Assembly (NCBI GenBank): GCA_040437565.1
Contig: JBDOQK010000011.1
Span: 310,001-374,000 of the forward strand
DNA: 64,000 nt
Direction of reading: 5' to 3'
DNA from: Albugo candida
Taxonomy: Eukaryota
In this document: positions 12,997 through 23,686 of the stretch, one piece after another
Layout of the letters: the number at the start of each line of letters is the position of its first letter
How positions within the stretch are numbered: the stretch's first letter is position 1
Notes under the pieces: model-generated
Databases searched by the model: none
What the model saw: only the letters and a program-made list of their open reading frames with translations
Told to the model about the DNA's origin: nothing
Translations under genes and position numbers: made by a program

Positions 12997-13882
12997 TCAA
13001 TATCTCCTATGGTTCTTCAATACCATCACGACACTGCTATGTCCCGAAAAACGAGCAAATACAACAGGTGTCAATCCGTTCACATCCTCTACATCCAGCT
13101 TTGCTGATGGTCGCGAGAGAATGTATGTAACAACTTCTGTAAATCCCTGCAAACAAGCGATGTGCAACGGAGTCCATCCAAAGCAATCCCTTTCATTTAC
13201 GAATGAACCGCCGTGCTTTGTCGAAAGAAATTGAGCCACAGGCTCGAAGTGTCCACGGATAGTGGCCCAATGAATCGGGCGTAGGCCCTCGCGATCTTTT
13301 GCACCCGTATATGCTCCAAGAGATATAAGTCTCTGGACGAGAGGTTTGTTATCCATCAGAATTTCCGTATGTATGGGAGTATACTAATCTCGCGTATTTT
13401 GTAAGTTTAGATTAGCACCACGCCCAATTAATAGCTGGATGAGAGGATCGTGCTGCTGTTGGATGCATATGTTCAAAACAAGCTGACCATTAAGACCACG
13501 GGCATCCGATTGATTTGGATGTGTGCCAAGTACCGCATACATCTGCGATATATCTCCATTTAAGGCTGCTGTTATAGCACTGGGAGAAGATGTTAAGAGC
13601 CATGCGAAATGTTCACGAAAGAATCGTTTCAAGCCAAAAAAAATATGTTTGCGGTTTGCGATTTTGAAGTTCCAACGGTGGACGAGAGAGAAGAAGTATT
13701 CGCTTTCGTATTTGAGCAACAGCAAGTCTGCGTCGTTTGTATTCTACTTGTGCATATTGAAACTGCAATGTATCGATGACGGGTCCATCTCTCCAAGCAT
13801 ACTCAATGCTCGTCCATTCCACAATCGCCTTTCCTTTAAAATCTCTACTACAACACTCCACTGGTCGCTGTTGCATTATCAT
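12997..13882 (-). pseudogene. Ankyrin-repeat gene with an in-frame stop and a probable frameshift
   Basis: Ankyrin repeats (GLRPIHWA, GWTPLHIAC, GLTPVVFA). ORFs 13384-13725 and 12997-13356 are in the same frame, separated by TAG 13384-13386 inside a repeat (LQNTRD*YTPIH). Apparent frame switch near the A/T run at ~13636-13643. Confidence 0.6.
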
Positions 13883-14536
13883 TGACGCGAATTCATTTTC
13901 AGATGAGTTATTTGTGTTTTGTTCGTCAATTACAATTTCGGCTTCTTTCTCACTGATTTGTTCGATATGACCAGAGTTCTAGAAAGATGAGTTGTTGTCC
14001 ACTGCAAGTCTCCGATGTCTACCCATTCATCCAAAAGGGCAATGACGCTACTCTTTTTATAGAGCACACCGAATCATGTGATGAACCCATATTGTGCATG
14101 CATACTTTATTGCAAATTATGTTATGACAATAGGCTTTCTCATCGTACGTCACCTAAAGCATTAAATTTTCTCAAGCTCTGATCGCAAATGCTGAGACGT
14201 CGACTTACATTATAATGGCTTCCTAAGGGGATAGAGTGGCGTACACAAGTTGTTATCACCTTGTTGCTGGAGCAGAATCGATTAAGCGGATGGTTACGAG
14301 TTTTCTCATTTGAACATGCTCTAACTTATGCCCACGTTGCTGCTTGTATGTGAGACCGTATGAATTCTGTTACCAATCACTCTACATGAGATGCTCATCT
14401 GGGGAAGTAAAGAATAATAAGCGAAAAATCATGGGATTCGATTCCCATCAGTCTGTTTGTGATGTCTGCCTCACGCTACATTAAGATAAGACACGACAGC
14501 AAAATTGTTAAGGTATCCTGCACTGCATTGTTGCTG

Positions 14537-14961
14537 TTAAATTGAGTATAACACTGCCCACCAGAGTGTAAAACATATGCAGGTAGCAATCACTAATGCC
14601 AAGATAGTGTTGTTTCTCATTTTCTTTTGACGAATACTGGCAACTAAATTGTGAATGCCAGCAAATGAGTCTGTGGTGGTTGTCATCTTGTTCCGCGATG
14701 TAGTCATGTGAGATCGTTGATTCTCCAAAGCATTCTTTGCTGCCATAGCCTGCCTAAAACACGTGAGTCTTTGCATTGTTGGAGATAAATTGTGCAAGAG
14801 ATTACTGAAGAATCGTGCTCGCAAGTGATCGGGAAGATTCCACCTTTGATCGTTCATGTAATAATCCTTCAACATCTGAATCGTTTCCAGCAGCAAAACT
14901 TGATCTTCACCTCGAGAACACTTTTAGAAAACAAATGAATGTATCACAAATCCTGCGTTCA
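14537..14961 (-). CDS. GOS1: Golgi Qb-SNARE GOS1/GS28, 3' exons (copy A); 5' part lost in the N-gap
   Basis: Spliced translation GLLHERSKVESSRSLASTILQ|QAMAAKNALENQRS...GIHNLVASIRQKKMRNNTILALVIATCICFTLWW matches the GOS1 SNARE motif plus C-terminal TM anchor. Confidence 0.7.
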
Positions 14962-15061
14962 NNNNNNNNNNNNNNNNNNNNNNNNNNNNNNNNNNNNNNN
15001 NNNNNNNNNNNNNNNNNNNNNNNNNNNNNNNNNNNNNNNNNNNNNNNNNNNNNNNNNNNNN

Positions 15062-15420
15062 TAAACCAAATCGCAAGGGAAAAAAGAATGAATATAGAAC
15101 GCAATCCGCCCCATACAAAAAGAAAGTCAAAGCGTTCCATATCGCAATCAGTAGGTTATTCGTTCACCTCTTTCCAGTATTGTGCTACATCGGGTCTTAT
15201 AGTTATTTTAGTAAATAGGTAAGTTACATAGTTTAATGAAATGATTGCCTGATGTCAACCACGAAAAGAGCCTCACTTTATTCTTAATGTAAACCAAATC
15301 GCAAGGGCAAAAAAGAATGAATATAGAACGCAATCCGCCACATACAAAAAGAAGATCAAAGCGTTCTATATCGAAATCGGCAGGTTATTCGTTCACCTCT
15401 TTCTAGTATTGTGCAACGTT
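15062..15420 (+). repeat. ~230-bp tandem repeat upstream of HAD1 (2 copies)
   Basis: taaaccaaatcgcaaggg...aaagaatgaatatagaacgcaatccgcc..catacaaaaagaa...ggttattcgttcacctcttt starts at 15062 and again at ~15290. Confidence 0.85.
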
Positions 15421-15505
15421 GAGGCACTTAATTTTTTCTTCTTTGTGGCGAATGTTCTCCGGCATTCCATTCATCCCTGGCAAGCTCCAGACACAATTAT
15501 AACTA

Positions 15506-15518
15506 TCATTTTCAAATT
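15506..15518 (+). promoter_or_regulatory. Oomycete INR/FPR-like core promoter of HAD1
   Basis: TCATTTTCAAATT ~20 nt upstream of ATG 15525; conserved as TCACTTTCATATT at 22582-22594 before HAD2; resembles the oomycete TCAYTY..AWTT consensus. Confidence 0.55.
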
Positions 15519-15524
15519 GGTCTT

Positions 15525-16969
15525 ATGGTTCACAAGTACTTGCTCGTCGGACTTACTCCGCTGGTATCTCTCGTCCCAATTTCTGGGAATTTCGTGAAGG
15601 AAGTTGAACAGTTCAGTGCAGGTGAAGTGATTCTTCCAGTTTTGGATACCTTGAAAGATGATGGCCGAAAATTCTGTCTCTTCTTTGATTTTGACAAGAC
15701 GATCATCAAAAAAAATCTCCCTGATATTGTTCGGGATAAGCAAATTGAAGAGGGGTTATTTGGCTTCGGACCCGACATGGTACAAGATGTTTTTGGATTT
15801 CAGAGTGTTCCTACATCTCGCGATTGCATTCTTGAGAATGAACTCTTTTCAAATAAAGTTCAGGAGATTTATCGTTTTTTCCTGAAGCATCAACGAGAAT
15901 TAAATTCTCCGCACGCAAAATTGAGTCACGAAGAGCAAGAGAAGCTAAAAGGATTGTTTAAAGCGTGGGATACATTGGTTTTCAAAGTTATCAAGTATAA
16001 AGGAGAAGAAAACAATAAACGCTGTTCATACTTATTGTTGACCAAAGACTACAGGTTGCTATTCGGCCTGGAGGAAAATNNNNNNNNNNNNNNNNNNNNN
16101 NNNNNNNNNNNNNNNNNNNNNNNNNNNNNNNNNNNNNNNNNNNNNNNNNNNNNNNNNNNNNNNNNNNNNNNNNNNNNNNACTCTTCCCAAAAAAAGTTCA
16201 GGAGATTTATCGTTTTTTCCTGGAGCATCAAACAATATTAAATTCTCCGCACGCAAAATTGAGTCACGAAGAGCAAGAGAAGCTAAAAGGATTGTTTGAA
16301 GCGTGGGATACATTGGTTTTCAAAGTTATCAACTATAAAGGAGAAGAAAACAATAAACGCTGTTCATACTTATTGTTGACCAAAAACTACAGGTTGCTAT
16401 TCGGCCTGGAGGAAAATATTCGAAACAAACTTATTGCTGATGCTTTCGATGTCCCGGGCAGCTCACATCTTTCTCCGGAACATCTTATCGCTATGAAGCA
16501 AAAACAATTCGCTTATCCAAAAATGCTCGAATTCATCAAGGTTCTGAGAGAAAAGAATGCGAAGTCGTTTATAATTACTGCCACCCATTATGCATACCTT
16601 GATCCTACATTGAAAGCTTTGGGTATTGAAGACCAGTTCACAGGTGTATATGGTACTTCTCCAACCAATGACTTGTGGAATAATGTTCTTACAGGAAATG
16701 GTCATTCTATGAGCGGCATTGGTAAAGCCAATCAAGTGCAAGAGATCAAGAGAGTCGAGAAATGTACCGCAATATTCGCGGTTGGTGATTCGATATATGA
16801 TTACCAAATGCTTGAAATCGTTCTGAAGGAGAAAGGGTACGGCCTCGTGATTTCAACCAAACAGGGTGAACCCCAGAAGGGGCAGCTCGAATATATCGTA
16901 AAGAGATATCCTAAGGTCGCTATTCAACGTGTCAATGACGAAGACTGGATTTCCACATACAACAGTTAA
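15525..16969 (+). CDS. Secreted HAD-superfamily (IB/phosphoserine-phosphatase-like) hydrolase, HAD1; assembled from two overlapping, non-identical pieces across an N-gap
   Basis: Hydrophobic N-terminus MVHKYLLVGLTPLVSLVPISG; motif I FDFDKT, motif II IITAT, motif III K (GIGK), motif IV GDSIYD. Confidence 0.85.
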
Positions 16970-19783
16970 GCAATGCTTAAATATATCCTTTTTTGAAATC
17001 TTGCCATGTTACTCTGCAAAGTAGAAATAGTGAGACTGATCTCTAGAATAGCTATTTAAGAAGATCGAATTCCTAAGACTATCCGGATTTGTTGTTAGAA
17101 ATCGTCGAATGGTAGCTTCTGCAGCATTAGTAATGTCGTTTCATTATTAAACTTATTACTGACTGACTCGGCGCTTTGCTTGTCCATATACGGTGTGGTA
17201 ACTGCAGGATGAACTAATGAACATGGAGAAGCTGGCTCTCCAGTATATAATTGGTCTACCGACTGTGTGGAACATGTGTTCAGCGAACCTTTGTTCTTTC
17301 CATATCGACGAAGCAACTCCATCGATATCAAGTAGCTCGTTCTTCGTATCATGAGGGATAAGCTGCCTTTAGCGCTTTATCTATCCCACAAAGTGGATAA
17401 ATTTACGAAAAAGATGCTGTCACAATTTCTCTTTAGGAGCCTCGAGTTCCACCGCTTTCATATACTTATTCAACGTTTTCGTGTTTGGTCGCATCATCAT
17501 CTTGTGGAAGACTTAGAACTTGATAAAGTTCGTGCAACAGAAGCTGCAGCAGAGAGGCTTGCAAAGCGCACTTCGGTTTCCCAGGGTCCGACAGCACCAT
17601 TTATAGCTACAACACCACGTCGTTCCCATCCTTAATACCTTTTTTTGTACGTATCTTCTCCCTCTGATTTGGCAATATCACGGCCTGCTGCTTCACCTTC
17701 TGTCCCTTGTGGAATTTTTCATCTCTCCCCCAGCTTAGCCACAGTTGATTGTGATGTTGCAGAAAGGCAACATTTTTTGTGGTACTTCTCTTGGTCCATC
17801 TCATTAAAGAGCACAAATCCACTTGCTCAATAGTTTATAGCACGCATGCTGAAGAAAAGATCTTGGCTCTTGAGAAGGATGATTTCCAGGCTGTACTAAT
17901 AACGTTCGGTAGGCGTCGCAGAAGTAGTGATCGGCGAAATCATAAAAGTGACAAGTTTCAACCATTATTAACTGTCCCAGCTCCACAGATCAAAACATGA
18001 GGGATTTCGAGAGAAGAAACCGTCGCTTTACTGCGAGGGTCGCCTTTTTTGGGTTCGAAATATGTAGGTGTTCTCAAATCTCGTCAGTAGAAAATTGTTC
18101 AAGCCATAATGGAAACCATTAAGATGATTAGCTACTTTTGAACAAGAGTTTATCGTTCTTCAAGATCTTCGTAAGAGCCTCACTCGTTTCATTGCACTAA
18201 GTAGCACTGAGCTCTTTCCGATGCACTTGGGCTGACGTATACCAGAAAAGCCTGATTACACCTCCTGTTTGGGCACCCATCGAAGCGATCTTCCAGCCTT
18301 TCCACAAAACTTCCAGTCAAAAACTGAGCTGGCAAACCTTGAAAGCAATATCTGGTCTTGTGCCAGTTGCCACGTACAGAATAGAGCCGATAAGTGAGCG
18401 ATATGGTCGATTTTCCATTCGTAGTTGCATTGCTATTTCATGCCTAGCACTGCTTGCTCCCCATTTTACGCTATAACTATGTGAATTGATGCGCCCAACA
18501 GATAGCCATTAGAGCTACCCCCAATGCTATGACATCGATATAGGAAAGCATCTCCTAACTCACTTAACTTCAAAATTTCAGTGATAGCTACATTACATGC
18601 GTGCGGTTTTCTCGTTAGCTCGTTCGCTCGTACACAGCTGTGAGTATGAATAATGTAAAACTTGCTTTCCATTGACAATGAAAACCTTTTTAGGCGCGAT
18701 GAGCCTCAGTTTGCCTTCTTTATGATCTTGAGACTATGCCGTAGTGCCATGGTCTTCGCCGTGTGCTGTTCGAGAAGTCTCTTATCACATTGACGATTGA
18801 TAGAATGATTCGGTACACAAATNNNNNNNNNNNNNNNNNNNNNNNNNNNNNNNNNNNNNNNNNNNNNNNNNNNNNNNNNNNNNNNNNNNNNNNNNNNNNN
18901 NNNNNNNNNNNNNNNNNNNNNNTGTGAATTGATGCGCCCAACAGATAGCCATTAGAGCTACCCCCAATGCTATGACATCGATATAGGAAAGCATCTCCTA
19001 ACTCACTTAACTTCAAAATTTCAGTGATAGCTACATTACATGCGTGCGGTTTTCTCGTTAGCTCGTTCGCTCGTACACAGCTGTGAGTATGAATAATGTA
19101 AAACTTGCTTTCCATTGACAATGAAAACCTTTTTAGGCGCGATGAGCCTCAGTTTGCCTTCTTTATGATCTTGAGACTATGCCGTAGTGCCATGGTCTTC
19201 GCCGTGTGCTGTTCGAGAAGTCTCTTATCACATTGACGATTGATAGAATGATTCGGTACACAAATATTTTCGTCGTCGAAAGCTTTCCTGGACGTGACAG
19301 TCGCTCAGAGTAATATCAGGAACCTTGAAAACAGAATCCGTGTTCAGATGTTCAGATAAAAGGCTTGCCATTTGGCCGGAAAACACGAGGATTGACATTG
19401 AGTAACGTTATAAGACACTTTTGGGTCAGATCCGGCTGCAACAAAAGAAAAGTAGAAATCTCACACAATGGATGTATGCGAAAGCGGATATTCAAGCATT
19501 AGTTCCATTGATCCAGGATCACTCTCCTATCACGCTACAGTGAACTAATAGACATATAGATGCTACTCTTGTTATGTTTACAATACTCGAAACGGACGCC
19601 TCTTTCTCCCGCATCTCAAGGTGCCTCCACCTTCTCAAAGATGTGGATCAGCAACATCATACGTAGTAGATATCAATGCATCGCCGAAGTCAAACGACCA
19701 AGCACTTTTTCAAAGAGCGTCGCTTAATTGCAACAGTGCACGTGGTTGGTTTGCGCACTTGTTGGCATGAGACAGTCAGCTCC

Positions 19784-20026
19784 CTTACGTATTCGACAAA
19801 TTGTTTGGAATGCTTACTTTCATTTGCTGCTGTAACCACAAGAAAGAGGACGCACTTGAGATTCCCACGCAGCAATTTACACGATCGAGGTCATGACCAC
19901 CATCGAAGAGACCCTAGCTACCGATCTGGATACAATGCGACGCTAAACGTCTGGAAATAGGAGAAAATATGACCGTAATTGACTTGAATACCAGGAAACC
20001 TTCTTCGACTCGAGATATATCCGTTG
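19784..20026 (-). pseudogene. Duplicated last two exons of ATP12, with a nonsense mutation
   Basis: Translates as IGS*GLFDGGHDLDRVNCCVGISSASSFLWLQQQMK versus IGSWGLVEGGHDLDRVNCCVGISSASSFLWLQQQMK in intact ATP12 (TGG>TAG); the DISRVEE exon is also copied. Confidence 0.8.
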
Positions 20027-20183
20027 CCTTCAATGAGATCCTCATCTGGAGAAGTATAGGATAACAAGCGAAAAATCATGGAATTCGATTCCCATCAGTC
20101 TGTTTGTGATGTCTGCCTGACGCTACATTGAGATAAGACACGACAGCAAAATTGTTAAGGTATCCTGCACTGCATTGTTGCTG

Positions 20184-20608
20184 TTAAATTGAGTATAACA
20201 CTGCCCACCAGAGTGTAAAACATATGCAGGTAGCAATCACTAATGCCAAGATAGTGTTGTTTCTCATCTTCTTTCGACGAATACTGGCAAGTAAGTTGTG
20301 AATGCCAGCAAATGAGTCTGTGGTGGTTGTCATCTTGTTCCGCGATGTAGTCATACGAGATCGTTGATTCTCCAAAGCATTCTTTGCTGCCATAGCCTGC
20401 CTAAAACACGTGAGTCTTTGCATTGTTGGAGATAAATTGTGCAAGAGATTACTGAAGAATCGTGCTCGCAAGTGATCGGGAAGATTCCACCTTTGATCGT
20501 TCATGTAATAATCCTTCAACATCTGAATCGTTTCCAGCAGCAAAACTTGATCTTCACCTCGAGAACACTTTTAGAAAACAAATGAATGTATCACAAATCC
20601 TGCGTTCA
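20184..20608 (-). CDS. GOS1: Golgi Qb-SNARE GOS1/GS28, 3' exons (copy B); 5' part lost in the N-gap
   Basis: Near-identical to 14537-14961 (three amino-acid differences in the ORF-track translations: H/R, V/L, Q/R); ends at the same base before an N-gap. Confidence 0.7.
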
Positions 20609-20708
20609 NNNNNNNNNNNNNNNNNNNNNNNNNNNNNNNNNNNNNNNNNNNNNNNNNNNNNNNNNNNNNNNNNNNNNNNNNNNNNNNNNNNNNNNNNNNN
20701 NNNNNNNN

Positions 20709-21600
20709 AGAAACAATTCCATCATCAGTGGAGGGTGGCGATTCCAGGAATGAGAAAGTTCCTAAATCGCCAATGTACAGGCTGAGACAACGAGCACATA
20801 TTACAATGATCGAAGGCATACTGCTCAGTACATACGCCGGCCCATGTTTTATTCTTCAGATCCGGCCAGAGCCACTATTTTAAGGAGCCTATCCGGAACA
20901 ATTGACTCGAAGATCGAAGCGTCTTTAACTGCATGGACACTGGGAAGAAATTTGGACTTTTCAATGGCCGGCATCATTGCCGATTCACTGGCAAAATATA
21001 TTGTGATGAAGTATGTAAACGAGTGGAGGTGATCCCGTCTCTTGGGTACTATACTCCCGCTCGTGTTCACGATTCTTGCATTGGCAATCTATCAACCGAA
21101 ATGCTGGAGGATCAACAGTTTCTGTCGGAGAAGACGTCAGAGATTGTGAGTCTCTTAGCTGATGCAATAAGGCTACTAGGTGGTGGGAATACGATTCCGA
21201 TACAGTTTCAAAATTCTGTACAACTACGTACTGCTTCAGATAAAGAGCTCTCACGATCACCTCAGCAGAAGATCATATTCTCTACAACTGATTGCGATGA
21301 GTTGAAGCTCACTGGTAATCAGAACTCGCTTAAGATTTCCGCACCTACCGGAGTTCCGAAAGAATATAGCGTGAACCCTCGAAAGCGTGCAAAAGCAAGA
21401 CGTCAACGTTTAGAGGCAACAAGAGAAGAAGAACGTGCACAACGTGCTCAACGCCGGGCACAATTACAGCAAGAACGAGAGCACGAACGTTTTGAACGAA
21501 TAAAAATACGGAAAGCTTAAAGCAAGCTGAGAAAGACGCCAGGATGCGGAGCACTCGGATCTCGATTCGAATGCGTCTTCGTTGGGACAGTTCGAGTTCA
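20709..21600 (+). pseudogene. Degenerate FYVE zinc-finger/coiled-coil gene, probably pseudogenised
   Basis: *LEDRSVFNCMDTGKKFGLFNGRHHCRFTGKIYCDEVC...RVHDSC: the FYVE WxxD tryptophan position is TGA (20903-20905) and several Zn ligands are replaced; Arg/Glu-rich coiled coil downstream. Confidence 0.65.
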
Positions 21601-21989
21601 ATAAAGTAAGGCCAAGCCGAAATTATACAAACACAAACACTCCAGGCTTTTCACAGCAGGACTCTGGAAGAATGGTTAGTGAGCTTGCTGCGATTCTTGT
21701 ACGACGTCGTGAAAACGCAGAGTACAAGACATTCTTAGCTCTCAATTGTTCCGAGAATTGGGAGATATGTTCGGATTGATACTAGACAATGGTTTAATCG
21801 TGGCGTTGACTTGGTCTCAAGGCTAAATCACCTTCGGTTCTCTCAAGGAGGATTATGTTGCCATTTTCACATTCGAACAACAGAGAAGTCTTTCGTAAAT
21901 ACGAAATCGTATATTTCGTTTTATAGTAAACATGATTATGTCACCTCCACTTACTTCAAATTTGTCCAAGTTCTCACTATGTCCTTTAT

Positions 21990-22500
21990 GTAAGGCCAAT
22001 CGCAAGGGAAAAAAAGAATGGAAATAGAATGCAATCGGCCGCATTCAAAAAGAAGGTATATGCTTTCTATATCGGAAGCGGCGGGCTTTTTGGTCACCTC
22101 TTTTTAGTATTCTGTTACTTTTAGACATGTTCTTTTAGTGAGTAGGTAAAGTCACATACTCTAATGAAATGATTGCATGATGTCAACCATCTTGGATCAT
22201 GAAAGAGCCTTACCCTATGGATCGGCCGCAAACAAAAGAAGTCGTATGCGTTCCATATTGAAATCGACGGGTTTTTTGCTCACCTCTTTCAAGTGTCCTA
22301 TTTGGGATAATAGGTAAAATCTCTTAGTCAAATCAAATGAATGCACGATGTCAGCCATCTTGGCCCGCAGAAAATCTCGCGATACGCAGAAAAGAATGAG
22401 AAATAAAATGCATTCGGCCGCATACAAAAAGAAGGTGTAAGCCTTCTATATCGAAATCGGCAGGTCATCCGTTCACCTCTATTTGATTTCGTGCAACGTT
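21990..22500 (+). repeat. Diverged tandem repeats (about 3 copies) upstream of HAD2, homologous to 15062-15420
   Basis: Recurring gaatg..aatagaatgcaatcggccgca.tacaaaaagaagg...ttctatatcg.aa.cggc.gg...tcacctct at ~22016, ~22220 and ~22393. Confidence 0.75.
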
Positions 22501-22600
22501 GGAGCTCTTGATTTTTTCTTCTTTGTAATTGATGTTCCATGGCCAATCATCCTTGACTAGCTCCAACCACTACAGCATTAATCACTTTCATATTGGCATA

Positions 22601-23686
22601 ATGGTTCCCAAGTACTTGCTAATAGGCTTTTTCCCGCTGGTACTTAGCGGTCCGACTCGCCAAGAATATGAAAAGTCCATCACGGGTTACGGCGGGGACA
22701 AACTTCTACTTTCTGTCTTAGAAACACTGTATGATAACAAAGCCAAAAAAGGAGGGACAGAACATGTTGAATACGCCTCTATGCTGGACATGGATAAAAC
22801 AATCATCAAGAAGAACCTTCCAGAAACGGTGCTCCTTAAGCAAATTGAATTGGGAGATTTTCGTTTCGGTTCTGATGATGTAAAGAAGCTTTTTGGATTC
22901 GAAACTATCAGAAATACTGAAAGCAGAAAAAACTGTTTCAACCAAGAGTTGATGGTTCCGTTTGATAGTAAGGTCGGGGCGATCCAATCAGTGTTCCTGG
23001 AGAGGGAGGAAAGAATAAAACTCGGAAGGAATACGCAAAACACATTTGTGCCTGAGGAGATTTAGAAGCTCACTACTGAGATCCAGCATTGGTCTAAAAT
23101 GGTTCAAGACTTTATTCTCTTCAAAAACCAAGAGCACTGTTCATACACACTGTTGACCAAAGAATACCGACTGCTTCATGATGTCAACAAAGAAGCCCGG
23201 GACGAACTAATTAAAAAAGCTTTTGAAGGTCACCCGGAGAAATTCGCCTACAAGCAAATGCTCGATCTCATTCATATCCTAAAAGATGTGGACGTGCGTA
23301 CGTTTATAATAACTGCCACGCATTTGGATTACCTCGACGCAACTCTGGCTGCGTTGAAGCTTACTGGATCGATCGCCGGTACATATGGCACTACTCCCAC
23401 GAATGAAGACGGCATTTTCACTGGAGATGGTACATGTATGAGCGGTGAAATGAAGGGTAAAATTGTGAACGAGTTAATTACTTCATATGGTTTTCACACG
23501 ATATTATCGGCCGGCGACTCGGATTATGATAGTCACATGCTTGAAGAATCCATTAAAGGTGGTGATGGGTACGCACTCCTCATTCAGCCCTCTTCCAAAT
23601 TGAGTAAGAATCTCGAACTCCTTGAAAGCAAATATCCAAGCCAATGCGCTATCCAGAGAGTTAATGCAGAGGAGTGGTTGATGTAA
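22601..23686 (+). pseudogene. Secreted HAD-superfamily hydrolase HAD2 with one in-frame TAG (23063-23065)
   Basis: MVPKYLLIGFFPLVLSG signal-like N-terminus; LDMDKT, IITAT, GEMK and GDSDYD motifs. ORFs 22529-23065 and 23099-23686 are in one frame; EEI*KL aligns with HAD1 EEQEKL (GAG>TAG). Confidence 0.8.

Larger units (their letters stand above)
14385..20040. repeat. Tandem segmental duplication, unit 1 (GOS1 3' part - gap - HAD promoter repeats - HAD1 - decayed spacer - ATP12 3' fragment)
   Basis: Colinear similarity to 20033-26287: 14388-14961 vs 20035-20608; 15062-15525 vs ~21990-22601; ~17420-19640 vs ~24050-25590; 19640-20040 vs 25875-26287. Confidence 0.85.

Noticed and set aside
13384-23065. 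Stop-codon reassignment as an explanation for in-frame TAG/TGA codons
   Set aside because: TAG, TGA and TAA all terminate intact genes here (SGF29 TAG, H2A TGA, Sec61-gamma TAA), and very long ORFs such as Rav1 have no internal stops.
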